Source of the DNA: Hyphochytrium catenoides
Taxonomy: Eukaryota > Protista > Hyphochytriomycota
Reading direction: 5' to 3'
NCBI GenBank assembly: GCA_900088475.1
Contig: FLMG01002723.1
Coordinates: forward strand, 101,554-165,553
DNA length: 64,000 nucleotides
The translations under genes and the position numbers were made by a program. The notes beneath the pieces are model-generated. The model saw nothing but the letters and a program-made list of their open reading frames with translations. It made no database searches and was not told where the DNA came from. Of this stretch, positions 1-12,736 are shown piece by piece; the first letter of the stretch is position 1, and each line of letters opens with the position of its first letter.

Positions 1-349
1 TTATTGTCAGCATTGTGGTCAAGTACCATACTACCACAGAAGGGGAAGAAGCGGAGACAGAACGGTGGGCTTCGGAATAGTTCTAAAGTAAGTATCTACT
101 TACTTGGAACTACTTGCCTACTACTAACCATAAATCCCTGTAGAGTGGCAAGTTGAACTACTTGCCTACCTTACTTCGTCTGGTCGGTATCATAGACCTA
201 TGAATAATGCCATTTATCCCTAATTATCATAGACCCATTCATAATAACTGCATTGAATTGGGTCAGCTCAGGTTTTATTTCCTAGATGGTCTTCAGCTTG
301 TGGGACCCATGCTAAGTTTATGAGTAGAGGCCACACCGGTATTGAAATC

Positions 350-541
350 GTACGTTCTCGGCCTTTTGGCTAAGATCAAGTGTAGTATCTGTTCTTATCA
401 GTGTGAAAACTGATAGGTTACACATAGTGTAACCACATTTTCACATTAATGTTTCACACCCGCGGGTACTCCTCTCTAGCTTGCTAGGGAGAGTCCTGCA
501 CGGTGTCCTCTGTATCGCACTACCGCAGAGCGACGCCAGCC
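350..541 (+). ncRNA. U2: U2 spliceosomal snRNA
   Basis: TTCTCGGCCTTTTGGCTAAGATCAAGTGTAGTATCTGTTCTTATCAG is the conserved U2 5' domain with branch-recognition GTAGTA. Stem IIa (loop TGTGAAAA), IIb (GGTTACAC/GTGTAACC), IIc partner TTTTCACA, stem III and stem IV (loop ATCGCACTACC) can all be folded by eye. Ends approximate. Confidence 0.96.
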
Positions 542-964
542 CCTCTGGGGTATTCCCTTCCAATAACCCTAACATTATTCCTCCACCATCACTCACTTGC
601 ATCCAGTGCTGTGGTAGCTGAGCAAGCCTATTGATTGTCACACACCCCTTTGCCACCTGTCGTTTAGGTTGGGATGGGTGCCCACCCACCCTGCTCAACT
701 ATTCTCATACTTTCTCATCAGCTCATCAGCCTCCCCGTCCACAAGGTTCCACGCCGCCGCTGATTACTGTTGCATTCTAGAGCTCAATCGAAGCTTTCAG
801 ACGCGAGCCCAAGGAGGTGTCAACGAAGCTCTGAGGTGATTCAGTCATTCTCAAGGACGACCGTTGGCTCTTATTGCTCGTTGACCACCAACACCTTGCT
901 CAAATAAGTTAACCACAAGGACGAGATCTGGGAGAAGATTTCACCAGTTCCAAAGGTGTAGAGA

Positions 965-1222
965 ATGTCGCTCTTTGGACGTATCGCTTCGTACCTCTTC
1001 AATGAGGTAGCTGTTAAAACTTTGGCGGAGAGCCGGGCTTTCCAGAGATTCGCATTGAAGACACACGAGAATGTTCAGCGGGCGAGGACTGTGGTCAAGG
1101 AGCAAGATCTTAGCAGCATTGGAGATAATTTGTCAAAGCACACTTCTGAGCTAAGGAAGTTCACCGCAGCTTTGAAAGAAGAGGTCTCGCGAGACGTCAA
1201 CCGCTTAACCAAGGGAAACTAG
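965..1222 (+). CDS. small conserved protein, possibly NCBP2AS2-like (85 aa)
   Basis: Clean single-exon ATG..TAG ORF; VKTLAESRAFQRFA recalls the VERLSESRPIRRAA motif of NCBP2AS2-family proteins; helical C-terminus. Confidence 0.6.
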   Translation: MSLFGRIASYLFNEVAVKTLAESRAFQRFALKTHENVQRARTVVKEQDLSSIGDNLSKHTSELRKFTAALKEEVSRDVNRLTKGN

Positions 1223-1554
1223 CTACCTCTCGGTCATAAAATCTCCCTCCTGCAGTATAAGCTGTGCTGCAGACACGATGATATCCTGATTGAGTCGTAT
1301 AGTTTCAATGCTTAGGCCGGCCGCGGCAAGCATCCATCTCTGTGAGACCGCAGAAGTTTCCGCACAAGGTACTCTCTCAAGGGCCGTCCGACGGGGCACC
1401 AATCGGTATCCTTTTCCTCTTGGGGGTTAGTGCCCACGGATTCAAATTGCCGTAGCTGTAAACTAGGTAAAAAACCCCTGGCCTCGTCAGCAAAGTGTTA
1501 CGAGCACAGTGTCAAAATGTATTAAGGTGCTTATCCAGAAGTCTGGATGGGCGT

Positions 1555-4500
1555 TTAGTTCTGTTGATTTCTTACTATAGTGTACCGAACACTAATGGGG
1601 ACCGTGTCAGAGGCTTCTAATAGCACGAAAAGTCGACTGAGGAACTTAACCTCAACTTTTCCCCAATCGTCTTTTGGGTTGACCTGTTCGTCAGAGCTCT
1701 CTGGAGCCCACAGAGTCAGGGTTTCCTTCTTGCTATCCCACACGCTCTTACCAATGTTGAGCGTCTGCAAATCCAGGCGGTCCACACAGCCAAACTTGGG
1801 CACCATGATAGTGAAACTCTTCTCACCTATCAATGGCACAGAACAGGATGATGAGTGATCTTGCATCTCAATAAGAATCGCTTTGCCTGACGCGGTCCTA
1901 AACTTACCGACACCCATAATAATGCCCTCAGCGACAGTAGGGAACCGCTTCAGGTATAAGCAGAGGTAAACTTCGCTGCTCCTGTCTCCTGCATTTTTGG
2001 CATCCAGCTTCTTCTTGTTGCAATGCATGGCAATCTCACGAATTCTTTCCTGATTGATATAAAAGGAGATCTCCTCTTCGTCTCGCCTTTCTTTGTCTGC
2101 ACACGCAGCTAGTAGTCGATGAACTATCAGGTCCGCGTACCGTCTGATTGGAGACGTGAAATGCGTATAGTAAGGTATATTCAGCGCTAGGAGAGAGGTG
2201 TTAGAAACAGTTGCTCAACTGGGTCTGACGTTGATGGATAGAATATTCATTTGAAACGAAAGAGAACCGCTGGCCGTTTGATTGAAATGATACTAAGTGT
2301 TGATACAATGTGGCAAAAGTGCAATTAACAGGTCAAGCTCCAAATCGGGAATTGCAGGGAGACCGAGCTTAGTCCGTAGCCCAAATTGGTAACGCAGGTC
2401 TCCCTCCATACGTGACGTAGATGAGTGCGCGCTGAATTTCAAGGGAATAGAGGCCACTCAGGAACAATATTGAGAAAGCTCTTCCTCACCATAGTGCTTC
2501 CAATCTTCCTGCGGGAAATCTCCAGCTGCAAAATACTCTGCAGGCTTCATCACTCGTGTTATCAGCTGTTGTAGAACTTCAAAGGCCAGGGGGTCCGGAT
2601 GCTGGGACTTGGCTTCTTCAATAGACGCCCCTAGAGCTCCAGCTGAAGAGGGATCCAAGGGGAGCCCATGCTTGTCGGCCAAGAGTAGAAGACTCTCTAA
2701 CCCTCTGCAAGTGACAGAGAGTGTAGGAGTGAGAGGCATGGCACCCAAGCCGAACGGGCGGTTAGCGTTTCAAGGTCTTCTCCTAGAGTACTCATCAGAG
2801 AGATAACTACCTACCGCTGCATGAGTGGGGGATGTCTTCTAAGGAGTGAAAAACCTCCAGCGTGAATAATGAGCTGCTGTGCTACTAGATAATTAGCAAG
2901 AAGCATAAACTCTTCCACAAGCTTGTTGCTTTCGCCGATAGGATATTCATAAGCTTTGATAGGGTTTCCATCATCATCGAGCTCGAAGTAGAGCTTAACG
3001 TTATGGAGCGCTAGAGCGCCGCTTTCAAAACGGCGTCGTCTTCTGTTCTTGGCTATTTCATTCATCAAAAGGACGTCCTTCGTTACCTAGATTGTAGAAC
3101 TATTTAGAAATCGTACTTGTGGCTCTAAAGCTAGGCAAGCGGTTGCTTTACACAGAGAGAACGCAATCAATAAAGCTAAAAACACAAAGCTCGTACTAAA
3201 TAAGGTCCAGCTATTGAATCTCTTTAGTGGGAGAAAATAGCACGATATGGTACCTCTGCTCCAGTGTGGCCTCCTCCCGGTCTCCTTTGGGGATCCCACA
3301 AATCGGCTGCTAAGGTTGGATCATCAGCATTCGCGGAGGTAATCTTTCCGTCAATCATCCGCTGAGCAGTAGAATAGTCTAGCTTGCAGCAGGACCGAAT
3401 GACCGAACGCTTGAACTGAGGTGCACAGTCCTCACAAAGGGAGCCATCCCGGTTCATGCGCCAGATGACGGAATATGCCAATCTACGCAAGCAGGATACA
3501 GCTGTTAGAGGATTCATGTGCGATTGGTGTGATGAGAAAAGGCAATTGGGAACAAAGTGGGTCACAAGAAGAAAGTAGCAGACAATAGATCGAGCGTTGC
3601 GCCAGGTTCAGACTGTGATGAGCCAACCAAAATCTGTTTACCCAGCGTGAGAGATAGTGACACTCTCCTCTGTGTGCAGTCCTTACCTCTCCACATTCGG
3701 GTTTAGCGAGCACAGCTCCTCAGACAGCAACGCTGGAAGCATCGGAATCACCATCTGCACTAGGTAGACGCTCGTCCCTCTCCTTCTCGCCTCTCTGTCC
3801 AGATCGCTCTTCTCCCTTACGAAGTAGGACACGTCAGCGATATGAACTCCGATCTCCACTGTTCCGTCTGCTAAAGGCTTCACATGAAGTGTATCATCTA
3901 GATCTTTGGCGGTTGTCGGATCAATAGAGAAGATTCTATGGTCCCTAAGGTCCAATCTCTTCGACAGCTCACTGTCAGGGACTTTCCAGCTCTGACCAGG
4001 CAGAGACGGGAGAAATGGCTCAAGGCAGTCCAGTGCAACGGTAGGGAAATCTCCGTGGTCCACGTCATGGGCAGCTAGTAGCGCTTGTGTCTCTGCATTG
4101 ATTTCTCCTGCTTCTCCGATGGACCTAGACGGATAGTGGTGAGTCACCGCAGCATAGCCAACCATGCGGATAAGGGGAGTTCTCATGAGATACGGAATAC
4201 TATTTGCCAAACATGGAAGGACCACTTTTCGCGAGTTTCATATATTGCCATGTCCTGCACTAAAGTACCTCTTAATGGTTCCAAGAGGATAGCGCTTGGT
4301 TTGGGGCCATTTCCCCAAGCGGCCAAGAACCAGCGTCTTCGCATAAGAAGATGGATCTTGGATAAAATCAGTAGGGAGTTGACGCCGAGGTATCAACATG
4401 TAGGGAATGCGCTTATCGCAGGGGCGAAGCAGCGCAAATTCCTGGGAAGATGGAAGAGGCAGTCCCGCCGGTAGATCTAGTTCTGGGGTTAAGGTGCCCA

Positions 4501-7500
4501 GAATATCCTTGTCTCTGCTCTCTTCCAGAATGTAGACGACTTTCGCTATAGTGTTGAGTTAGGACATGTAGTCAGAGCATATCACTCTCTATATAGAAGA
4601 CCCAACCATCGAAATTTGAGTTGAGGCTATCTTCACCCCCACCTCTCCACCTTCCCCCGCACTCTTTACTTCTATGTCATTTCGAACATCTCATGCCCTA
4701 GGGCCCGCATGGAGTTATGGAAGGGCTCGATGGCTGCGTCGATTCACTCCACTGTACCCGATTCGTTATGCTCCAACCTCTCCGAAGCTAGAGTTACTCA
4801 CCCGTGGGCCTCAATATGTCTCCGTATTTGAGCACGTCTGTGGGCACCCGGACACCGCTTTCGGTCTCAAGCAGCGGACGAGGCGCCCACTGTAGCTCCG
4901 ACGAGACTTTGGATCGCCACAAAACCTCCATTTCTTCTGGTGGAGGCGGACTTCCGACTTGAATGCTTAGCTTCTCCATAGATAAAGGCAGATGCTAGAA
5001 GGAGTAGATTAAAGTGGGAAGCTTAGGGTACAAATGCCGCGTGCAGGTGCATCGGAAACGACCGACACTTGTAGCCCTTAGGAATAAACAGAAGTGCCGT
5101 TTTTGCTACACAGTCAACGAAGGCAATAGCCTAACCAGGGCAGTGTCACTAGTGAGCCTTTTCACTTCCAGTCTGACTTACCCTATCCTCAACCTTCTCG
5201 GCTCCTAGCTCTTGAGTATCAATGTGTCCTACAGCATCCGGCGATGAGCTGCACTCGGCCTCTTCTAATTCCGAGCTCTCTTCTCCTAAACCTTCGTGGT
5301 CTGGACTGTCTTTCCTTGAAAAAAGCTCCTGAGACGTCGTGTCGCTGACTACCTCATCCTGCGCTAACTTGTCTCCTCTCTGTTCACTCTCGACATCTGA
5401 TGGAAGTTGAAGAAGGATTAGCCATTCCCTGGACCTTGCCTCAATCTCTTTTTTTCTAGTGGCCACCAGTCTGTAGCTCCTCCTATCTCGTTCTCACGGT
5501 TGTTCTGCTTAGTTCTGATCTACGAAATGACCAATCTGCCCTACCTGGGGTCGCTCCTCCCGAACCCGATATCGACGCATCGCTTGCTGATGAGTCGTTT
5601 TTGAGATTCTCCCACATGGATACAGGCTGGAGCCTAATTACCACTATTGCGCCCTCTAGCGCTCTGTTTCTAGCTTGTAAACCGTCCAGTAGTACATCTC
5701 TCGGAAAGCCCGGGATAGTAACATAGGCATGAGAACGCTTTTTGGCGTTGATTCGTAAGCTTCCCTGGAATAAGGTTCCACTCTTCAGCCCTTCCTCTAC
5801 CTCTTCCCATGCCAAGTGCTCAACATAGGGCGGTCGTGATCTCCTTTTCTTTCCATTCGAGTCTGCGTAACAGGAAGTGAGGTTAGATTTGAAGTTCGTC
5901 GGCAATAGGTAAAGAGCTGGTGCACGAGCATGCATTCTGTCCCTTCTTCAGTTTTCGTCTCTACCCAGGCCACGTGGTGCAAGCCGGCTGATTACGTCAA
6001 ACGCTGAAGCCTACATCTACCTACCTGCTGGGGTGGATCTTCCCGAAGCAGACGAATATGATGGAGCAACACTGTCAGCTCTTCTTTCATCATGTGCATT
6101 ATTGTGTATTCCTAAAGACCCTGAAGCTCCTTTTCCCTGTCTAGAGCTTCTGTCTACATATGAGAAGCAGCCAGGTGTAATTTTTCTAAGTAAGATAAGA
6201 CCCACAGCTCATGCACTGTACCTGAGGTTCTCCTCTTTCCATCCATTTGTTTCCGAACTGCTCCTCCTTGATGGTTCAAATCATCTTCTCGTTTGCGTTC
6301 GCCCGTAACTGGAGTTTTGGGGTGACGAGCTGGCTTTTGACGTCGTTCCAACCCTCCAGAGGGCCTTCTTCCTTTGTGTGGGGTAGTATGTAGAGGTTCT
6401 CCGTTACTTAGCTCTTGTGATGTAGCAATAGGGTAAGTGGAGCCATCGTAGCTGGTCTCTTGATGACATATATCCGACTTAGCATCATATTCAAAAATGC
6501 CCTTCCTGTCACCTTCGAAGGCCCTGTTTTTGGTCTTTTTGGACGATGCTGGAGTAGTCAGATATTGTTCCTTCTGTGGTCTCCGGCCCTGTTGCTTTCT
6601 CGAGGGTTGAGAAGGCGTTCGGGGAGCTGTCAAGCCATCTTGATGCTTCTCCGTATGATCCTCCCGCGCGCGCGGCCGGACCCTGCCCTTGACCTGCTCT
6701 GGCTGTCCTAAGCCGTTCGATTGCCGGGAGAGATCTTGTTTCTGTATGTCCCAGGAGTGTGGCAATGCATCCGGCGGACCACCATGTTTCTTCCTTGGGA
6801 CCTTACTACGGTTGTTATCAGTGCTAGTAACCTCCCAGGCAGAGTCACCTACAGTCGGCTGTCGCGCCTGCTGTCGTTCCTGCCTGAAATTCTGGTGTTT
6901 CTTCCCATATCCTCCATGTTGCGGCGGTGCTGTTTCATAATGCGGCGGTGCTGTTGAATATAAATGTAGGGGTAAGACGATAGAAATAGCATAATAGGGA
7001 GCCAAGATAAGAAATGATGGAAGGATGGCTCTTGGGTGCGTGTAATAGGCAATGAGAAGGTTGTTTGCAGGCTGCGCAGCGCAAGAGCCTCTACAAGATA
7101 ACATTTCTGGCTAAGTACAAGCGAGGTCGAGCTGGCAACGTGAGAAGAAAACACGGAGTGGATCGAGAGAAGGCCAAGAAGTTGCCTAACCTGGTGGAGG
7201 TGCACCATAACGATGTCCTTGCGGCAGAGTTCCAGCTTCAAAGGGTTGCCGCACCCTATAAATCTGTTGGGAGTCTAGAAGAAGAGAATAGAATAGACCT
7301 TTAAGCCTCAAGCACCATAACAGCCTAGGTAAAACCGACACCCCTTCATGACCACCAAAGGGGCTAAGAAAGGAAGAAGATACATTTCAAAAAGGAGGGA
7401 ATGTTGAGCACTACGAGAAGACTTTAAGTTCTTCGAGGCCGATTGAAGACCACATCAAAGGAGCAAACAGAAAGAAATCCCTTCCGAAGGCGCATACTAT

Positions 7501-8152
7501 TCTTAGACCGCGCGTTACCTGTCCATCCTGAGCTATGCACACCGGTGCCGCTCTCGTGCCGATCCTTTGCATCTGACTGAGCCCACAGTCCTGCGCCCAT
7601 GCCCATGAGGTACTGGTCTGGGAGACCCCACTGTTGCTGCTGCTCCTGCTGAATCTGAGCCATGTGGTTCTCCTGGGTGGATATCCGCCGGCGAGATCTA
7701 TGATAGGGTTCCTCAGTCTCCTCATCTTCCCCATCTCTGTTTTCTCCTCTTCCCTCCCCTCTTCCGCGACCTCCTCCTCTTCCGCGACCTCCTCCTCTTC
7801 CGCGTCCTCTTCCTCTACCTCTTCCTCCTCCTCTTCCGGGTGAACCTCCCACCCTTCCACCCGATTCTCGTCCTTCTCTTCGAGATGAGAATCCTCCCCT
7901 CCCATCAATGCTTTGTGGTTTGTCCATTTTAGCTCTCTGGTGATGTTTTTGGCCCACATGCCGCTCTTGCTGTTCTACATCTTCTTGCTTTGATAGCTCT
8001 TTGGGCCCGGGCGGCTGGTGTCTCTGTCTGCTGCGACCGCCCCTTCCAGCACGGCGGGGAAGCTCCCCATCTCTACTCATGGCCTGCTGTCGTGGGTCCT
8101 GCTGCTTGACAGGATGCCCTCTCCCTGCATCAAGTTGTTGGTCGCCTTCCAT
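1555..8152 (-). CDS. DIS3L2: DIS3-like exoribonuclease 2 (RNase II/RNB family), multi-exon, long disordered N-terminus; true 5' end may lie near 8380
   Basis: Exons encode [15 protein letters not shown]...RNRALEG (CSD), [15 protein letters not shown] (catalytic), [57 protein letters not shown]; no PIN domain; GT-AG introns link the exons. Confidence 0.88.
7757..7837 (-). repeat. low-complexity/18-bp repeats encoding an RG/RGG tract
   Basis: (CCTCTTCCGCGACCTCCT)-type repeats on +; translate on - as [27 protein letters not shown]. Confidence 0.8.
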
Positions 8153-8928
8153 TCCTGGGAAGGAAACGGAAGATGCGACAATGTCTCCACTTTCACTCCT
8201 CTCTTCCTGATTCGCTTGCTGGAAGGCCGATGGCTGTCTACAAGCCGGTCAGCTTTGCGGTGCTCTTGAGAACTTGGCCTGATCTTAACAGAGAATGGGG
8301 TGGTGCTGCTACGTATCCAAAGCGTCAGAGCTCGAACTAATCTTGGGGCTGTGGCAATGGGGAGCTCCTGTTGCCTGCATCACTGATGTTTGTCTTCTCT
8401 CTTCCTCCCAATAATATCTCTTTCGTCTGTGTGCCTCCGCTTATGTCCTCCGCGCTCTCCTATGTCTGACACTCTGTCTCTCTGTCTGTCTCTCTAGCTA
8501 TGTCCCTCTGTAAACCCTAGGAACCCTTTCCTAACAATAAGATTATGTTTCCTTCCATCCTGCGTCCAACCTAACCTCTTTTTGTCATATTATACGATGA
8601 AGACCACCTAGCCGCAGATGCTCTGAGTATTGCCGCTTCTAAGTAATGTTATCAAGGAAGATACCTTCAACTTGATTCTGCTATTGTCGCTTAATGGGTC
8701 TTACGGGAAGGGAGGAAACGCTGGGAAGGAAGCTCTTTTGATGTGTTGCTCAGTGTTTGTTGACAGGAGGAAGTGCCCGGACAGTGTCGAGCTCTTTTAG
8801 AGGCCGAAGACTGCGCTTTAGAATGAAGCTGCTAGCGCTTCTTTGTTTTGGAGCTGTTAGTTAAAGCTGAGGGCAGAAGTGCCGTGAAGAGACAAACTGG
8901 GAAGCAGCAGAAGAACGTGGATGTTATT

Positions 8929-11900
8929 ATGGACTGGAGCTCCATTTACGAGGACCATGGTGAGGAGGAGGGCGAATGGGACCATGTTGACGAGGATAGA
9001 AGCACCCGGCTAGCTCACAAGATTGAAGCCTTATCGAGGCAAGAACCGAATAAGTTTCAGCTGGAGGATGCATTTCACTCTTTTCCTGCCTCCCTCAGTG
9101 GCTGTACAGCTAGTCAGGTCTACTTCATCTCTATTTCTTCGTTGGACGTGCCTACACAATAGGGGCTGGACTACGAAGTCTCATTTGTCTTTGCCCCGTG
9201 TGGCTGCTCTCTGGCCCTTAAAGTGCTCTAGTGTCATATGAGATCGCTCTCGTCCGTCACGTCCCGTTCCATTGCTCTGCTCACCGACATCGCCTGTAGG
9301 AGTTACAGCTTCGTAGCAGGAGCCAGTACAAGGACTGAGGAGAAGAATCTTTACACGCCCTTTGTGGCTTACTCTTTCACTGTCAATTACATCCTGGGAG
9401 TAGGCAGTCTCGGCATTCCGTTCGCCTTCTATCATGCAGGAGTTGGCTGTGGCATCGTGATGATTCTTGTTATCTCCCTTGTCTCAATGCTAACAGGTGC
9501 CTCTTCATCTCTTCGCTTATCTCTGACTTACTCTCTATTTGACCTTCAAATCTCTACAAGCCCCTCCTCTATACTCTCTGTAATCCCCTCTTGTTATACT
9601 ATGGTTCTCGTCAAAATCATTCTCATGAAGCTCAACTTGTCTGCCTCTCCTCTCCCGACTAGTCTCTTCACCTGTCTCGACTAGTCTCTTCCTCTCCCTT
9701 CGCTCTTGTGTATGACAAGAATTTTCTATATTTGCCGGTCTGCAGTGAACTGGGTGGTTGAAGCCGGTAGCAGAGCGCAGAGACTCTCTCGCTTGCCTCA
9801 TTATCTTCACTCCTCGACATTCCTTCCCAGAGGCAGGAGGAGGGAGGACGAAAGTAAGCCGCTTAACCCAAGGGCAGGACAGAAGAGGCGGGTCTCGGAG
9901 GCTCCAGAAGAGAAGTGTTACGAAGTGACCGAGCTCTGTCATAAGTACCTGGGATCATCGGGTTCGTCTTGCAAGAGGATGATAAGCCATGTTGCTTCAC
10001 TTGGTGTTTCTCTTCTCGCCCATCGCTTGTAATCACTCTCTGCTTTGATTCTTCCTAGGACTGCATATTCTTGTTTCTCTTGGGCAACCGTATACTGGCC
10101 CATGGGAGTCTGACCGACTAGCTCGGCTTCTTCTTCTGGGATCATTCGCATACTGCAAGTTCTTAGGGCCTCTTTACATCTGATTCTTCGTACTCTCGAG
10201 TCGCTATCTATATTCCAGATTTATCTGCCGCTTTTCTAGTAAGGACTGCTTTAGATGGCTTCTGCATATTTTATCTCTGTTTTGGCTCTCTGAGTTAAAG
10301 TACCGTCTACCCACATATGGTTGCGACGTCTTCACTAGGGAAATGGATGTATAAAGTCTCCCTGATTGGCCTAATGTGCCTTGGGTTACTGGGATACTCC
10401 CAGGTCTTCTGCAACAGTCTACACAGTCAGCTGGTTGGCATGCTGGGGAAGCCTGTGCCCCATTACTACTCGGCAGCGATTTTCTCGCTGTTCGTGGTGC
10501 CTCTGAGCTGTGTAGACCTTACGGAGCAAATTAGTGTGCAGGTGAGCCACTTGCGCATTCTAAGTCTTCGCGTTCGTGACCCTTGAACTTTAAGGAGGCC
10601 TCAAGATCTAACCAATCTCCTGATCTGCTTTGTCGCAACTTCCCAACAGCTAGGTTGGGGTACCCTCTTTTCTTCCTCTTCTCTAGATTGGCGGTTCCTC
10701 TCCTTTCACCGCTTCCGGACCAGACATTTTTTTCAGGCGCCCGCTAACTCATCTTTTGACCTAGGTGGCTATGGCTATAGTTCGATTTTTTTCTTTGGCC
10801 ATCATGATGTTTGGAGCACTCTTTGCGATATACTATGACCCCGTTGATGGCGAGAGCGAAGCCCGACAACCTCCCTATTATAGCAGCGTCCCCTTATTCG
10901 ACTATTCTGGAGTGGGACTCATGTTTAGTACGGCGCTATTCTCTCAGCTTTTCCAACACTCGGTACCCGGTCTCATGTACCCTCTGTCCTCTCGAGACAA
11001 GCGAAAAGCTCGGTAAGGCTCCGAAGAGGGGGAATAGTGACCTGATGAGTAGCCCAGCCGGCATGTCGAATGTACTGCACTTCGCGGCGTAAGAGGCGAG
11101 AAGGGAAGGAGAACCGATGTACTCAAAGGATGGATGTTAGACAAAAGGCTTTGTGTTTTGCTGGCTACACTCTGAAGTGCAAAATGAGTAACGTTTCCTG
11201 TTTACTCATGCATAGTGTCTTCTTTATAACTGACCTCTATCGCATCGTCTCACTCCTGACCACAGGAAGATCTTCGGAAGTGCCCTCACCACTACTGCTG
11301 CGCTTTACATTGGCCTCGGACTGATTTGCAGTCTATATTTTGGCAGTCAGCTGCGGTCCAGTGTAAACTTGAACTGGGCTGGTTTTACCTGGGGTTTGAC
11401 TGATTTTCCAAAGAAGGGACACCCAGCAGAAGAGCTTCCTGTCTGGGCCAACCTACTCTCCTTTATTGTCGTTATTTTTCCAGCACTTGATGTACTGAGT
11501 GTCTATCCTCTTATTGCCATCACCTTGGGGAACAATCTGGCTGTCTCCGGGCACTTTCTTTTTCCGTTTCTTTCAAAGAAGAGGAACATCCTCGTCTGGC
11601 GAGTGGTGGCGTCATCCCCGATGATTGTGGTTAGTCTCTTTGTAGGTGACCTTGCGACTACTATGCAATTCACAGGTAAGACCATCACCCCTTTCTCCCG
11701 GTACCTTTAGCGGTATCTTGAGAAGACTATGTATACAGAGTAACTGGGTCTTTCTCTTTACGTTCTGGTTCGCGGGTCCTACACATAGCGTTGTCCATAC
11801 GCTCTGGATTATGAGCCTTCTCATTGGTCTTGGTTATCTGTTCATGTCAATGGCCCAGCTTGCCACTCCTCCCCATCTCTCCTTTCAACCACAGCCACCT

Positions 11901-12132
11901 CACTTCTCCGTATTAACCTTCCATTTTAGGCATCTTTGGCCTGTGGGTCGCCTTTTTCACTCCTTGTCTACTTCAATACTACTCTATGGAGGTCTGTCAA
12001 GCAGAATTTGGCACCTACGAGACACCTTTTTCCTGGCACTTTAGCAGCGTTCGATATGTCTTGCTGGTGGCTGCCTTTGCTGTGATAGCGATGGTGGTGG
12101 TGACCATGCAGATTGTGGAGGCACTGGTGTAA
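8929..12132 (+). CDS. amino acid transporter, Aa_trans/TMEM104-like, multi-exon
   Basis: YTPFVAYSFTVNYILGVGSLGIPFAF, YEVTELC, QLFQHSVPGL, FPALDVLSVYPLIAITLGNNL and multiple TM segments; last exon ends IVEALV-TAA. Confidence 0.85.
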
Positions 12133-12499
12133 CCCTACAGCCGAGAAAAATAACATATTTATTATTTCTTTGTTTTTCCACCCTGTTGTCTTCTTCGCTT
12201 CCCTCTTTCTCGCCATCACCAGCTGTCAACAGTATGCTGTCTGACGGCTAGTGCTCCGAGCCCCAATCCCGGCCATACGAGACCTCCTCGCCAACGCGCT
12301 GGAAGTCCATATCAGCTATTGCTATGGTGTAGACACATAAGGTAGAGGGCCTGGTCTCCATCATAACAATTTCCCGTGCAGTTTTCCATCTAATGGCAAG
12401 AGTAATCAGCATAATCTCCTTGAAGGAAATGCGACCACTTATCGTATCCTCTTGGATCTCTTGAGAGCAATAGAATGGCGGCCGGGGGGCATCGCCAGC

Positions 12500-12677
12500 C
12501 TAGCTCTGGCTTCTGATGGTGATGGAGTTTACAAAATTGACTGGTTTGCCGCCTGATATGATAGGACTTCCTTCTTCAACGTCTCTGCCTCCTTCTTGAG
12601 AACGCTCCGGAGTTTTCTCAACAATTGCAAGCCCTATTAGTTGCTTCTGTCAGTGTTGGGTATCTGACTAGCTTGGG

Positions 12678-12736
<59 letters not shown>

